Shown here piece after piece: positions 24,003-36,621 of a DNA stretch of 64,000 nucleotides. Made by a program: the position numbers and the translations under genes. Under the pieces are notes generated by a model. The model searched no databases, was not told the origin of the DNA, and saw only the letters and a program-made list of their open reading frames with translations. Position 1 is the stretch's first letter, and the number at the start of each line of letters is the position of its first letter. The stretch spans positions 5,024,001 through 5,088,000 of the forward strand of contig CM052818.1 of the NCBI GenBank assembly GCA_028534125.1, written 5' to 3'. This stretch comes from Lama glama. Taxonomy: Eukaryota.

Positions 24003-24902
24003 GTTTTTTTTTTAATTGAAGTATAGTTGATTTACAATGTTGTGTTAGTTTCTAGCGCACAGCATAGCGATTCAGTTATACATATACATACATATATATT
24101 CTTTTTCATTGTAAGTTATTACAAGCTACTGAATAGAGTTCCTTGTGCTGTATAGTAGGATCTTATTGTTTATTTATTTTATATATAGTAGTTAATATCT
24201 GCAAATCCCAAACTCCCAATTTATCTTCCCCCATCCCTTCCCCCCGGTAGCTATAAGTTTGTTTTTTATGTCTATGAGTCTGTTTCTGTTTTGTAAATAT
24301 GTTCATTTGTGTCATTTTTTTAGATTATACATGTAACTGATTTCATATGATATTTGTCTTTCTCTGAGTTATTCACTTAGTATAATCTCTAGGCCCATCC
24401 ATGTTGCTGCAAGTGGCATTATTTCATTATTTTTTATGGCTGAGTAGTATTCTATTGTATGTATATATTACAACTTCTTTATCCAGTCATCTGTTGATGG
24501 ACATTTAGGATGCTTGCATGTCTCATCTATTGTAAATAGTGCTGCTGTGAACATTGGAGTGCATGTATCTTTTCAAATTAGAGTTTTCTCTGGATATGTG
24601 CCCAGGAGTGAGATTGCTGGATCACAGGGTAAGTCTATTTTCAGTTTTTTAAGGCGTCTCCATAACTGTTCTCCATAGTGGCTGAACCAAACTGCATTCC
24701 CACCAACAATGTAGGAGGGTTCCCTTTTTTCCACACTCTCTCCAGCTTTTATCATTTGTGGACTTTTTAATGATGGCCATTCTGACTCGTATGAGATGAT
24801 ACCTCACTGTGGTTTTGATTTGCATTTCTCTGATAATTAGCAACCTTGAGCATCTTCTCATGTGCCTATTGGCCATCTGGATGTCTTCACTCTGTTTAGG
24901 TT
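24003..24902 (-). mobile_element. Young 5'-truncated camelid-type L1
   Basis: ORF 24649-24927(-) '[20 protein letters not shown]' is the L1 ORF2p Cys-rich end; perfect 16-bp TSD catagaaggtgattct (23987-24002 / 24903-24918); poly-T at left. Confidence 0.95.
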
Positions 24903-26039
24903 CATAGAAGGTGATTCTTGTTGCCATCCAAAGAAGTCACCTATCCATTTAACGTCTACTGCATACCTAGCATGGGCCAGGATCGGAAGATATAAAGAGG
25001 AAACCCTGCCCCTTTCCTCTAAGACTGCAAGAGCCCAGGCTAAGACTCACCATTGTCTTCTGTGGCTTACTAACCAAAGAGAAATAGCCAGGAGAAGATG
25101 AGCCGGGATCTAAACTTCTTACTTGGAAGCCCATCCTTCCATCGAGCAGGGCCCCTGATAGAGAGAGATGGAAATGGAGCATCTCAAAGTCCACCTCTCA
25201 ATCCTTTGTAGACGTAGGAGCAGAGGGAGCCCTTCCTTCCCCTCGGGGAGGAAGACCCGGTCAACGTGGGCTCGCTTCATGCGTCAGGCGTAGATAAAGA
25301 AACACATCCCATACTCCCTGTGAACCAGCAGGCCCGGGAGAGCATGGAAGGGGCGCCTTTCCCAGTTTGAATCAAAATGACTCCACCCAGTTAGAGGTGG
25401 GACTTGGTCTAATTTCACGGGCATATAAATGGTCCCTCTTCTATACACAGATGTGCACATGTGTGCGGTTTTAAATGTTCGAGAGAGAGTGTATTCTGTA
25501 TTCAAGGCCCCTCCATTCATGTTTATGAATAGAGAGTTTGTAGACGCAGCACTGCTGTTTGTTTCATTTATTTAGCACTTGTGACAAGATGGCTCTGGGT
25601 CTGGCCAGTGTGAGGGCATTACTTTATTGATTAAATAATGTGATGAAAGGGAGTGGTGCTTATGTGTTGAGAGATTATTGCCAGAGACACTTGGCCAACA
25701 GAGTGCTGAAAAGAGAGCTGCGTGACACTTTCACTGCAAGTAATTAGCGGCGAGCTGGAACCGAAATGCAGAATCCTGGGGAAAGTTCCAGTCAATACTG
25801 CCATCCAAAGAAGTCATCTAGGTTTGCAGCTTTGAAGGCCTGAAGAATCATCCATTTGGCTTCCCACTTTAGCTCATTTTTTTTTAACTCTTGAACTAGT
25901 AAAAATAAACGTCTGATACCATGACGTTATAAAACAGTATACTTAACAATGGCACAGAGAAAATGACCATTGTTCTTTAGTTGTGATGCAGCCACAGCTT
26001 AATCTGTAGATCAGAGTGATTTCTTGCTTATCAGCATTT

Positions 26040-26198
26040 TCTTGAGCATGCGCCTTTACTTAACGGCTGACCTGAATCACCATACTGTTGGTCTCTTCCT
26101 TTTCCTCGGAAGGCATTGGCCGCTCCATCATTTTGTGACTCACTCACAGTATCATCACTTGAAACAGTGAGTCCGAGTTTATTCTTTTCTTCGTAAGT
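26040..26198 (+). promoter_or_regulatory. Candidate promoter / short first exon
   Basis: GCATGCGC (26046), CGGAAG (26107), ATTGG (26115), TGACTCA (26136), followed by donor-like GTGAGT (26167) and GTAAGT (26193). Confidence 0.3.
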
Positions 26199-27669
26199 AC
26201 TACTCATTTCCTTAGAATTCATATTTCAAGAACTCCCTGGATATTCCGACTAAATTGCCATTTTAAGAGGCTCTCCATTTCAATTTCTCAACTCTCTACC
26301 GATAATCCTGTGTTTAATCCTAGCAACGGATTTTCCCTACAAAAGACCCGCAAGCTATCATCATCCCCTAGGAGGAAATTATTCTCTAATCTTCCCCTCA
26401 ATTTCTTCTTGTACACACTGAGCCTCTGACACGCTACCCAGAGAGCAGTTAGTCTTTTGTCTCTTCCTCCAAATGAATGGGCTTTTGCAATCAGACTTGA
26501 GTACAATCTTGAACTGAACTCAAGTGAACAAATGATGTTCTCCCTGCTGTTGTATTGCAACTCTGTAGAGGGGGGGAATAAAAAGGTTTATAATTTGTTT
26601 TCACTACTGAGAACAGGGTTCACTGCTCCTAATTTTACTTCAGAGGCACTGCCCTGTTTTTAAGATAGATATAAAAAAAATCGACTTGAGTTAAGTGGGT
26701 TTTGAATGGAGCAAAGTGTTTTGTAGCCCCAGCTGCAGAGGAAGATGTCCTAGATCAGCCCATTTGGGAACATTCTCTTTTTCACTCTGACTTCTTCCTT
26801 CTCTTTGATAAGACTGGAGAGAAGAGGGAGGGGGTGTTAGAAATGTGTCTATAACATGATGGCAAATAATCATGTCAGCATGTAACTCCTCTTTCGTGTG
26901 ACTGAATACTTCGGTTTAAAAAATTTCAGGAAATATCTTACTGGCGCCTTCCAGGAAAAAAGATAAATGTGTAAGACAGTCTTACCCATGCCTTTTTGGA
27001 ACCATTTATTCCCGAAGTATCTGCTTGTTATATAGATACAACCTGAGAACCTGAAAAGTTTAAACCATCAAAGTGCACTGTGAAATAGAATGAGCTTCTT
27101 AACACTTTAGTGGACTTTTCAATATGTGAATTTTTTTGTAGGCTAATTCCAAGGTTAATAAAAAAGATAAGAGAATTGATCTGAATGCCTTTATTCTTAT
27201 ACTCACAAACCAAATCCTGCACATTAGTTCAGAAATAATGAACCTTTAACCAATTACAAACATCTCTTTTCTAATTAGATTGAAGAACTTCTGTGGATTG
27301 CCTCTAGGCATTGCAGTTATCAAAATGAATGTTTTTGTAAGGTTTGTTTTTTTTTTTCTATAATGTCTTCATTTTTTCTTTTCTTTTTAAAACATTACAA
27401 AACTTTTAGGTGTTTGGGGGATGTTTTTGTAGCTCTTCATGGGCAACAGATTTTTATTAGGAACAAGGCAGTGGGTCACTTGGTTCCTGAGTCTGTCCTT
27501 CATGTTCTGAAATGCAGGTCCAGATTTCTAAGAGAACAGTGAAAGATGCTTACACCAATCAGCCCCGCCACAGGAAGGCTGCAAAGGCAGCACAAATCCC
27601 AAGCAACAATCCATACACATCCGCTGGCTTTGGAATGCTGTTTGCTCTCTTAAATATGTTTCGCTACAG

Positions 27670-28180
27670 ACCAATGTTAAAAGCAGTTTCCCAAGAAAAG
27701 ACTAAAGAACTGTTTCAGAATAAAGGAGATGAAGAGAAATGACAGCTGAATGCATTGCATGATCCATGATTTTTTTGGCCATAAAGACATTATTGGGACA
27801 CTTGGTAAAATTGGAATAAAATTCATAAAGTAGATAATAGTATTGTATTAATGTTAGTTTGCTGACTTTGACAACAGTATATAGTCTTGCAGGAGGATAA
27901 TCTTCTTTATTAGGTATACACATATGGTATTTAGGGTAACTGATTCTCAAGTGATTCAGGAAACACGTTTGTGTGTGTACACACATGACATACACGTACA
28001 CGCCAGGCATATACAGATATGTGTGTGCCTGCATGAGTGCTTGTATGCGGCCACAGTAGAGACACAGCACGTTGGGTAACATGCTAACATTTGGGAATGT
28101 GGATGGAGGTGATATAAGAATTCCTTGAGCCATTCTTGCAGCTCTTTTCTGTGAGTCTGAAACTATGTCAAAATAAAAAA
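27670..28180 (+). mobile_element. L1MC4-type 3' end
   Basis: 'ataaagacattattgggacacttggtaaaattggaata' and terminal 'ttttctgtgagtctgaaactatgtcaaaataaaaa'. Confidence 0.8.
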
Positions 28181-28336
28181 CAATTTGCCTGTTTTTGACA
28201 GAGGAACAGGTTGCTCAGAAGCAAAAAGAGAGCAAGAAAAGTACAAACTAGACATGAGAAACCGTAGTTCCTATTAAAACAGTAAACACTATTAGTCTAT
28301 ACATTTTACGTGAATGTTTTTCAAAACTGCACCTAA

Positions 28337-28448
28337 CTCTGACTTATTTCACGTAGCATAATACCCTTCCAGTCCATCCATGTTGCTGCAAATGGCAAAA
28401 TTCAGTTATTTTTCACAGTTGAGTAGTATTCCATTGTGTGTGTGTATG

Positions 28449-28494
<46 letters not shown>

Positions 28495-29216
28495 TATATA
28501 CCACATTTTCTTTATCCAGTCATCTGTTGGTGGACATTTGGGTTGCTTCCATAGCTTGACAATTGTAAAGTAATGCTGCTATGAACATTGGGGTGCATGT
28601 ATCATTTAGAATTAGTGTTTTTGTTTTTTTCAGATACACACCTAGGCATGGAATTGCTGACTCATATGGTAGTTCTATTTTTAGTTTTTTGAGAAACCTC
28701 CACACCGTTTTCCACAGTGGCTGCACCAATTTACATTCCCACCAACGGTGTACGAGGGTTCCCTTTCCTCCACAGCCTCGCCAACATTTGGGATTTGTGT
28801 TCTTTTTGATGACAGCCATTCTGACAGATGTGAGGTAACGTCTCATTTTGATTTTGATCTGCATTTCCCTGATGCTTAGCAATGTTGAGCATCCTTTCTT
28901 GTGCCTGTTGACCATCTGCATTTCCTCTTAGGAAAAATGTCTATTCAGTTCTTCTGCCCATGGTATCACCTATATGTGGAATCTAAAAAATAAAACAAAC
29001 TAGTGAATGTAACAAAGAAGAGGCAGATTCACAGATAGAGAACAAACTTGTGGTTACCGGTGGGGAGAAGTAAAGGGAGAGGGGGGCAAATAGGGGCAGG
29101 GGAGTAAAAGGTACAAACTATTATGCATACTACAAGCTACAAGGATGTATTGTACAACGTGGAGAATATAGCCGATATTTTATATAACTGTAAATGGTGT
29201 ATAACCTTTAAAAAAA
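28337..29216 (+). mobile_element. L1 with 5' inversion: antisense 28337-28960, sense 28961-29216
   Basis: ORF 28520-28921(-) '[41 protein letters not shown]' is L1 ORF2p; abuts sense 3'UTR 'tggtatcacctatatgtggaatctaaaaaa'. Confidence 0.9.
28452..28490. repeat. (CA)n microsatellite inside L1
   Basis: Uninterrupted CA run of about 18 units. Confidence 0.95.
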
Positions 29217-29679
29217 CACACAAGTGAAATTTTACTTAGGAAACCATGTTGAATAATAGAACAAATCCACCCAGAAAGTAGGAAGTAGTAATTTCTGTAA
29301 TATTTTCCCTTGTAGTTGTTGGCTGACGCCAACTTGCCTTCACTCTGCTAAATAGGAGGGTATTCATTTATTTTCATGGGCACTGATATTTTTCAGATGT
29401 TTGTTTTATTAGCCTACCTAGTCTTCTTTCTGGTAATGAAAACACCGGATCCTGTTAGTTTAAGAGCAAACAGAAATACATAGTGGATTCTTTATAGATA
29501 TGTTTCCTTGTTAAATCTTCTAATTTTTATGAAACATGAAATGTATTAAATAATGGGGAATGGTTTTACTTTATGTTATGTATTATTTTTTGCCAAATCT
29601 TTCCTTTGAAATCTTTTCCCTCTTTGCATCAGAACTGCTTGCTCAATATATATTTTGTCACAAGACTACACCTTCCTTG

Positions 29680-30880
29680 TCTGCAGACCCATGTGGTTCA
29701 GGGCAGGCAACATCATCCCTACTCCCAGGGGTAGAGCCTTCCTAATCCCGTCGTGGTGACCCCATGGCCTCTGACAGTGACTGGGTTAGAAGTCAATGTG
29801 TAACTCGTTTTTGTCTACTGTAAAATGTTGATTAGAATTCAAGGAGCATTTTAAAAAAGTTTTAAGAAAATTTTAACACATTTATTGTGATATGATTCCT
29901 GTACATGAAACTATACATATTTTAGATGTACAATTTGATGGATTTTGATAGATATATACACCAATGAAACCACCACCACAATCAAGATAGCCAACCTTTC
30001 TATCATTCCCCCAAAAGGTACAAATTTCGAATTCCTAACTTATCCTTTCCCACCCCCTTCACGCCCTGGTAACCATAAGTTTGTTCTCTATGTCTGTGAG
30101 TCTGTTTCTGTTTTGTAGATAAGTTCATTCGTGTCCTTTTTTTTTTTTAAGCTTCCACACATAAGAGATATCATATAGTATTTTTCTTTCGCTTTCTGAC
30201 TTAATTCACTTAGAATGATGATCTCCAGGTCCATCTATGTTGCTGCAAATGGCATTATTTTATTCTTTTTTATGGCTGAGTAGTATTCCATTGCATAAAT
30301 ATACCACATCTTCTTTATCCAGTCATCTGTTGATGGACATTTAGATTGTTTCCATGTTTTGGCTATTGTAAATAGTGCTTCTATGAATGTTAAGGTGCAT
30401 GTGTATTTTCAAATTATATTTCCTCCAGATATATGCCCAGGAGTGGGATTGCTGGATCATATGGTAAATCTATTTTTAGTTTTTTGAGGAATCTCCATAC
30501 AGTCAGAAGGACAATCATTAAAAAGTCCACAAATGATAACTGCTGGAGAGGGTATGGAGAAAAAGGAACCCTCCTACACTGTTGGTGGGAATGTAAATTG
30601 GTGCAGCCACTATGGAGGACAGTATGGAGATTCCTTAAAAAACTAAAAGGATTCAGGGAGCATTTAATCGATTCCTGAGAAAGAGACCTCTCATCTTGTC
30701 ACTGTGGAGTCTGGATATGCACCTGGAAGTAAAGGCAGAGCTGGTGAGGGGTGGGAGGGTGCAAAGATGGGAAGACTCTGGGTTCTCAATGACACTGATG
30801 TGCTGCTGAATCAACATAACAAACTTGGCTTCAACTAACTCATTGGCTTGTTATATGGAAAAGGGCATAGAACTGACACA
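29680..30880. mobile_element. Degenerate MLT1-like LTR split by the composite L1 insertion at 29852-30650
   Basis: 'cagtgactgggttagaagtcaatgtgtaactc' left; 'gggttctcaatgacactgatgtgctgctgaatcaac...aactgacaca' right. Confidence 0.45.
29852..30650 (-). mobile_element. Composite L1: old L1M 3' end (~29860-30015), camelid L1 antisense (~30020-30500), inverted sense piece (30501-30648)
   Basis: Flanking repeat attcaaggagcattt (29837-29851) / attcagggagcattt (30651-30665); ORF 30433-30678 switches from antisense-L1 text to ORF2p '[25 protein letters not shown]'. Confidence 0.85.
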
Positions 30881-32068
30881 ATAGTCACTCAACACAATGT
30901 CCCTTCTTTCCTGCCTCCATCCACAGGATACCCCCTCCCTTTCCCCCGTGGACTTGAACTTAGAAGACCATAGTGTAAAGCAACACTGACATTAGCAAAC
31001 AGTGTCTTCAAATGAACAGATATGACTGCTTTCTGTATTAAATATTTATCCAAGCTTGACACCCTTGGAGCACCTTGAGTGACTGGGTCCTGAAGCAAGG
31101 AAAATCAGTTGTATTTAAACCACAACAAACGGTGTCTCCCGTGTTCCTCACAGCTGAGAAATCACTCTGCCCTTATTCTTAGAATAAGTAGTTGGTTAGA
31201 ACTATCAATTACTTTCAGTTTGTTACCTCAGCAGAAGGATGTCGCCACCCACTAGAAATGGGAGCGTGCGGACAGTGGGTCACCCTGGCATGCTGAGCAG
31301 CTGGGCTGACTGAGCACTCAGATGCCAGTGGGCCACCCGCGTTGAGGCCACTCTTAGGTGCACAGCCTTCTCCCAACAGAGGTGAGAGAGGGAGAGTGGG
31401 AGGATAGCGTATTATCACACGGCGAGCAACCCTGTTCACAGAGAGCTCACATTCCCCCAGGAACGCATCCTTTATTTTCCCTCCTGAGTCCAATGAGTTG
31501 AGTTGATATTATTACTGTGTGGGATGCTCCTGTGAATCCTAGGGAGAAGGAAAAAAAACCTGTTGTTTGGTTTCACAGACACAGTGCAGAGCAAAAACCA
31601 GGGACTGATTCTCCTCCTTCCCTTCCTTTCTTTTTCCCTACCTCCTTCCCCTCCTCCTCCTGCTCCTCTTTCCGTTTCTTCTTCTTTAATGAAACATCTA
31701 GTTTTGTGCCAGAACTTTGTGAAACTTGTGAGTTAATCAAGGCAGTCCATTGAACTGGTCCTTTTTACCTCTTGAAAATATGAAAGCATCCTTCTGCCAC
31801 TGGACTGGCACCCACGGCGGGATCAAGTGCGACTGTTAACGGGAAGGCAGGAAAGTACATTATCACTTCAGGGCTGTCATTACCAGAGGGTTTCACTGTG
31901 AACTATAGCATTCAGGGAAAGCAGGCGGGAGGGAAAGAGCAGGGATGGGGGTGAAACTGGGGAGGGAGGGAGGGGAAAAAAAATAGACCAGCATGACAGT
32001 GACACTGAGTTGAGGGATTCATCTTGAATGGAGAACCTAATACTGCTTTCATTTAAAAGGTGATTAAG

Positions 32069-32244
32069 TCAGTTACAACGTGTCAATTTCTGGTGTACAG
32101 CATAGTGTTTCAGCCATACATGTATATACATATATTCGTTTTCATATTCTTTTTCATTATAGTTAGTTTTATTTCAAATAGTTAATATTTGCAGATCTCG
32201 AACTCCCAATTTATCTCTTCCCCTCTCCCCAAATAATAATAAGA
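32069..32244 (+). mobile_element. Tiny camelid L1 insertion with inverted body and sense A-rich tail
   Basis: Perfect 15-bp TSD taaaaggtgattaag (32054-32068 / 32245-32259); antisense L1 3'UTR followed by 'aaataataataaga'. Confidence 0.85.
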
Positions 32245-33633
32245 TAAAAGGTGATTAAGATAGTTACCTCCTTCTATTATCCTGGAGGTACAAATATGAA
32301 AAACACAAGCTCAGCCACACCCCACGGCTTCAGCTAATTAATTCATGTACATCTCAAACCTGTCAAGACAAGACCTCCTACTTAGTTGTAAACCTCAAGA
32401 TTTTGTACCACTGAAATCCCAAAGAGATGAGTTCATTTTATTTTTTTCTGGCTGCTTGTAGAAGAGACCCAGTTTGAGACATTTTTTTCCCCATCCTCGG
32501 TATACATTTTAAAATTTATTTAAATAAATAACTTATCTAATATCCTAAATTACAGCAATAAAATAGCTAAAGAAATGAGGGTGCTTTCGACCTTTTAACT
32601 TAGTTCATACTGCAGTTATCAAGTGCTGTATCTGAGTGGCGCGCTCACCATCCTATATTGGGAGAATTTTGCTGTAGGCAAAGGAGAAAAGTTCAGAATT
32701 CTGAGTTGGGCGTTCTTCATTCCTTAACATCGAGGTTGCCTAGCCCAGACACTGAGCTTTTAACTGAGAGTAGTTATAATCATTTTTATCTGTTTCTTTG
32801 AAGTCTGTTTTCTGCCTGGATTCTGTTGGGCTTCCCATCAAATAAGCAGAGCCCTAGTGAGTTCAAAGTCAACTAGTTAGTTCCTGGAGGTGTGGCAGGC
32901 TGTTGTTAACCTGGTTACATGGAGCAGGTCACTCATTTTCCCTGTGTCTACCCTCCACCCTGCCTACACTAAGGTTTCTAATTTTAGTGCAGACCGTTCC
33001 TCCTTTTTTGCAACAAGAGAAATCATCGTTATTTCTTAAAAGTGGCAAGAGTAATCCTCAGTAAACTGTTATAAGAAAAGCAAACAGTATGGAGTAGGTA
33101 TTCTCCCATCCCCTCCAGGACCATCTGTTTTCTCAACAACAACAAAAAAATCTAGTGCTTCCCTGAGTTATTTTTTAAAGGGTTTAAGCAATCATTCAGA
33201 TAATCAGACTTCATTGCTGTGAAATTTCATCAAAGTGTATTCAATCCTTGAACTCATTTCTGGGTCCATTTTGCCAATCAGATAAAACTTTCTAGGCTTT
33301 TTCCTAGAGGCATGAGGGTTAACTTGATCTGATTGCATTGCAAAAGATTTTGTGCTACAAACCATTTTTCATAAAGGCTATTTGTTGTGTTGGGAGAACT
33401 CCAGACAGGCTCCTTGTTAGAATAGATTTGAGGGGGGCGAGGGGAGGTGGCTTGCTTGGCTTTGTCACTTCGGATAAAATGAAGGTTTTTGGAAATTTTT
33501 ACAAGTTAGCCGCAGACAAAATGAAGAGGCAAAAAATGATGCAGGGGACATTAGCATTAACATCTGAGTAAGTGAAAATGATATTTCTCATGAAAAGACC
33601 AACAGAGATAAAAAAGGGGGGCGGCCAGAAGGA

Positions 33634-33794
33634 GGGGAGGGTATAGCTTAGTGGTAAAGTGCTTGCTTAGTGTGCTTGCGGTCCTGGGTTCAATCCTCAG
33701 TACTGCCATTGAAAAATAATAATTTAAAAAATAGTAAATAAATAAATAAACCTAATTACACCCCCCCCAAAAACTCACAATGATTAAAAAAAAA
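33634..33794 (+). mobile_element. Vic-1-type tRNA-derived camelid SINE
   Basis: 'ggggagggtatagcttagtggtaaagtgcttgcttagtgtgcttgcggtcctgggttcaatcctcagtac' (A and B boxes) plus 'aaataaataaacctaattac' tail. Confidence 0.9.
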
Positions 33795-36180
33795 GAACCC
33801 CCAAGAAAATCACTGATTTGGAAGCACCTAATTCATCTGTTTTAGGATTATTGCCTACTTTTTTACTTTTTTTTTTTTTTAAAGCATAGAGATTGAAGCC
33901 AACTGACTCCTTTATTTTTCCCTTTGTGAAGGTCAGCCACCCAGCACATGCCCACGCATGTCCTCACCAGCACAAACAGCCTTTGCACCGAAAAAGCACT
34001 AGGTGGTGCCCATTTTCTTTGCCGGTGAAGGAGCTGGCTTTCCCCAAGGGAGGCACTCCAGGGAAGTTCATCAGCCCCCCGCCCCGTCCAGTGCGGTCCC
34101 CTCTGCTAACAGATGCCCAGGAGCGTGGTGTTGCACCGTGTCATTTTCCTAACGCATCCTGGGGCTTGTTTTAGGACAGAGCTTTGGTTTGGGGACACAG
34201 GGTTTTTAAACGTGAAGGTAAGAGTGGAGAGTTGGTGGTGGCACAGAGCTTTGAATATTCCCTTTGAAAATGAGAGAGAAGAAGAATAAAGGCTGCAACC
34301 CTGCCATCTGTGTCTCTGGAAAGTCATGGTGTCATGTCTCTGTCAGGGCTTCCCTCCTGCCAGATCGTCTGAACAATGCGGTCCACGTGCGAGTTTAATT
34401 TTTCCCGTTTTTTCTCCCCATCGTCAAGCTATAAAAATAATAAAAGGAAAGAAAGGTTAATCTTCAATTTCAACTTGCATCCTCATGAAAATAATTCTTC
34501 GTCAAATGAAACCTAATTGAACTGGAGATTTTGCACGCCCGCGTTCACCCCGGTACCTACTGTTTGAAGAGGTGGCTTTATACCACTGGGTTTATTCCTT
34601 AAAAAAAATAATCTTATTAGGCACGCTTAACAGATTGCTGCTTTGTGCTCAAGGAAAGCAAATAACTGGCTAAGAAGATGTTTTCTTCGGGATAATTTCA
34701 TCCAGCCGATATGGTCATCAGATTGGTTTTAGAATTGAGAAGAATGTAGAAAGTTTTTGTTCTTATAAAGATCAGGCAGCAGCCATTGAGCATGATCATA
34801 CTATTGCCACAAAATGAAAAGGAGAAGGAAATAAATCTATCAATATTTTTTTTCTAGTTGAAGTAAGTGAAATGATTATCTCTGACCAATTCTCTGAAAC
34901 ATGGCCGAATGGGGTTAGTTGGTTTAAATATTTTCATTTTGTTTTAAAGAAGGCAAGAAAATCATTTTCGAATGTCAAAAAGTAGACTCTGGTGGTCAAA
35001 CCTGAATCCTGTTTCCTAGTTGGTGAACCACACTCCAAAATAAAGAGAAAATAAAGACTGTGAGTAGTTTTAAAAAGTTAAACTAAGAAAACGGCTTTTT
35101 TTTTTTTTAATTTTAGGAAACTACAAGATTTATTTCTATGCTCTGGCTGCCCTGTCATATGTCACGACATGTGGCAGGTTGGCTGCTCATTAATTCTATT
35201 TTTATCAGTATGATAATCCACCCCACTGAGTACACATGTGTTAAAATGTTCATAAATTATGTTTATTGTGAACAAATATACATTAAATGCCAAAAGAAGA
35301 CCATTATTTAAAGACAAAACTAGTCAACAATCAAACAAGCACAGCCTTTTTACTGTCAGTCCAGTACATTACGTTTTATCAAATTCACATTAATTGCCTC
35401 TCCTTCCAGTGTCTCATAGGGAATGTCTATCTTTTGTTTTAAAACTGTGCCAAAGAAATAGATCTCACTGAAAGGCATAGACTTGGAAAAACAAAAGAGG
35501 TTCTGTTATTTCAGAACAATAATAACATCAACTGGAGGGAAAAAAAAAAGAAGCATCTAAAGAGAAATGTACTTCTGGCCTTCAAAATTGTTAAAAATCT
35601 ATCATTTGAACCCTGGCACAGACTTGAATTGAATGTGGGAGTGTGTTCATGAAATCATAGACCAAAATAAATAATCTGATAATTTCTTGATAAAAGGCTG
35701 CAAACAACAATTTTACGCATATTTTGAAGATAGACGCATAAAGGATGGTTGAGAAAACCTAGAACTTTGAAAATTGAAATTAACAGCTAAAATATACCGC
35801 AGCGCACTGTTGTAGAACTTATTACTTCCAAATGAAACCATCCCTAACTACTCTATTTTGAGTGACTTCAGGAAGTTGAAAAAGTTGAGGTGATTATTCT
35901 TTTTACAAACTGCCTGTGCAGTTACAGACCACAGTTGAAAAGTCTGAATTCCTTGTCAAAATCCAGAGTGGTTTTCTTTAAAATATACTGCCTAACTTAC
36001 CCAATTCATCATACTCCGAATTAATGCCATGAAAACATCTAGGATTATTAATTATTAGGACCACACTTCAGGGAAAGTGAAAATAATGGTCATTTAAAAA
36101 AGTGAACTGGCCTGAGTCTATTTGCCATTCTCTCTAGGAAACTGTTATAAATTTTCAAAACATTAATTATACTTAAAGGA

Positions 36181-36259
<79 letters not shown>

Positions 36260-36307
36260 TTCTTTTCTTTCTTTCTTTCTTTTTTCTTTTCTTTTCTTTC
36301 TTTCTTT

Positions 36308-36359
<52 letters not shown>

Positions 36360-36425
36360 TCCTTCCTTCCTTCCTTCCTTCCTTCCTTCCTTCCTTCCTT
36401 CCTTCCTTCCTTCCTTTTTCTTTTC
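36181..36425. repeat. Compound (TTTC)n-(TTCC)n microsatellite, ~245 bp
   Basis: Directly visible; produces the spurious K/E/R-rich ORFs at 36090 and 36163. Confidence 0.98.
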
Positions 36426-36621
36426 TGGAGACAAATGACAAATGATGAGTAAAAGAAAGTAGGAGATTCTGACTTTTTTCATTGTTACGGTATGCTTCAT
36501 TTCAAGAGAGCAGGGAAGGCCACAACAATGAAAATAAAATGCTTTTCTCCTGTTGCCAATACTTTACTCCAGGAGTGAAGTCATCACCCTTGGTTTGTAT
36601 ATTCACTTCAGGTAAGATTTT

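Noticed and set aside
28520..28921. Protein-like ORFs here and at 8289, 10163, 24573, 24649 and 30433
   Set aside because: All are L1 ORF2p C-terminal remnants inside truncated L1 copies, not host genes
32652..32661. CArG boxes (CCTATATTGG here; CCTTATTTGG at 57060-57069)
   Set aside because: A few such 10-mers are expected by chance in 64 kb of AT-rich DNA
33634..33710. tRNA-like sequence
   Set aside because: Head of a tRNA-derived SINE with an A-rich tail and sister copies, not a tRNA gene
36090..36500. K/E/R-rich 136-aa and 92-aa ORFs
   Set aside because: Translations of the (TTTC)n/(TTCC)n microsatellite
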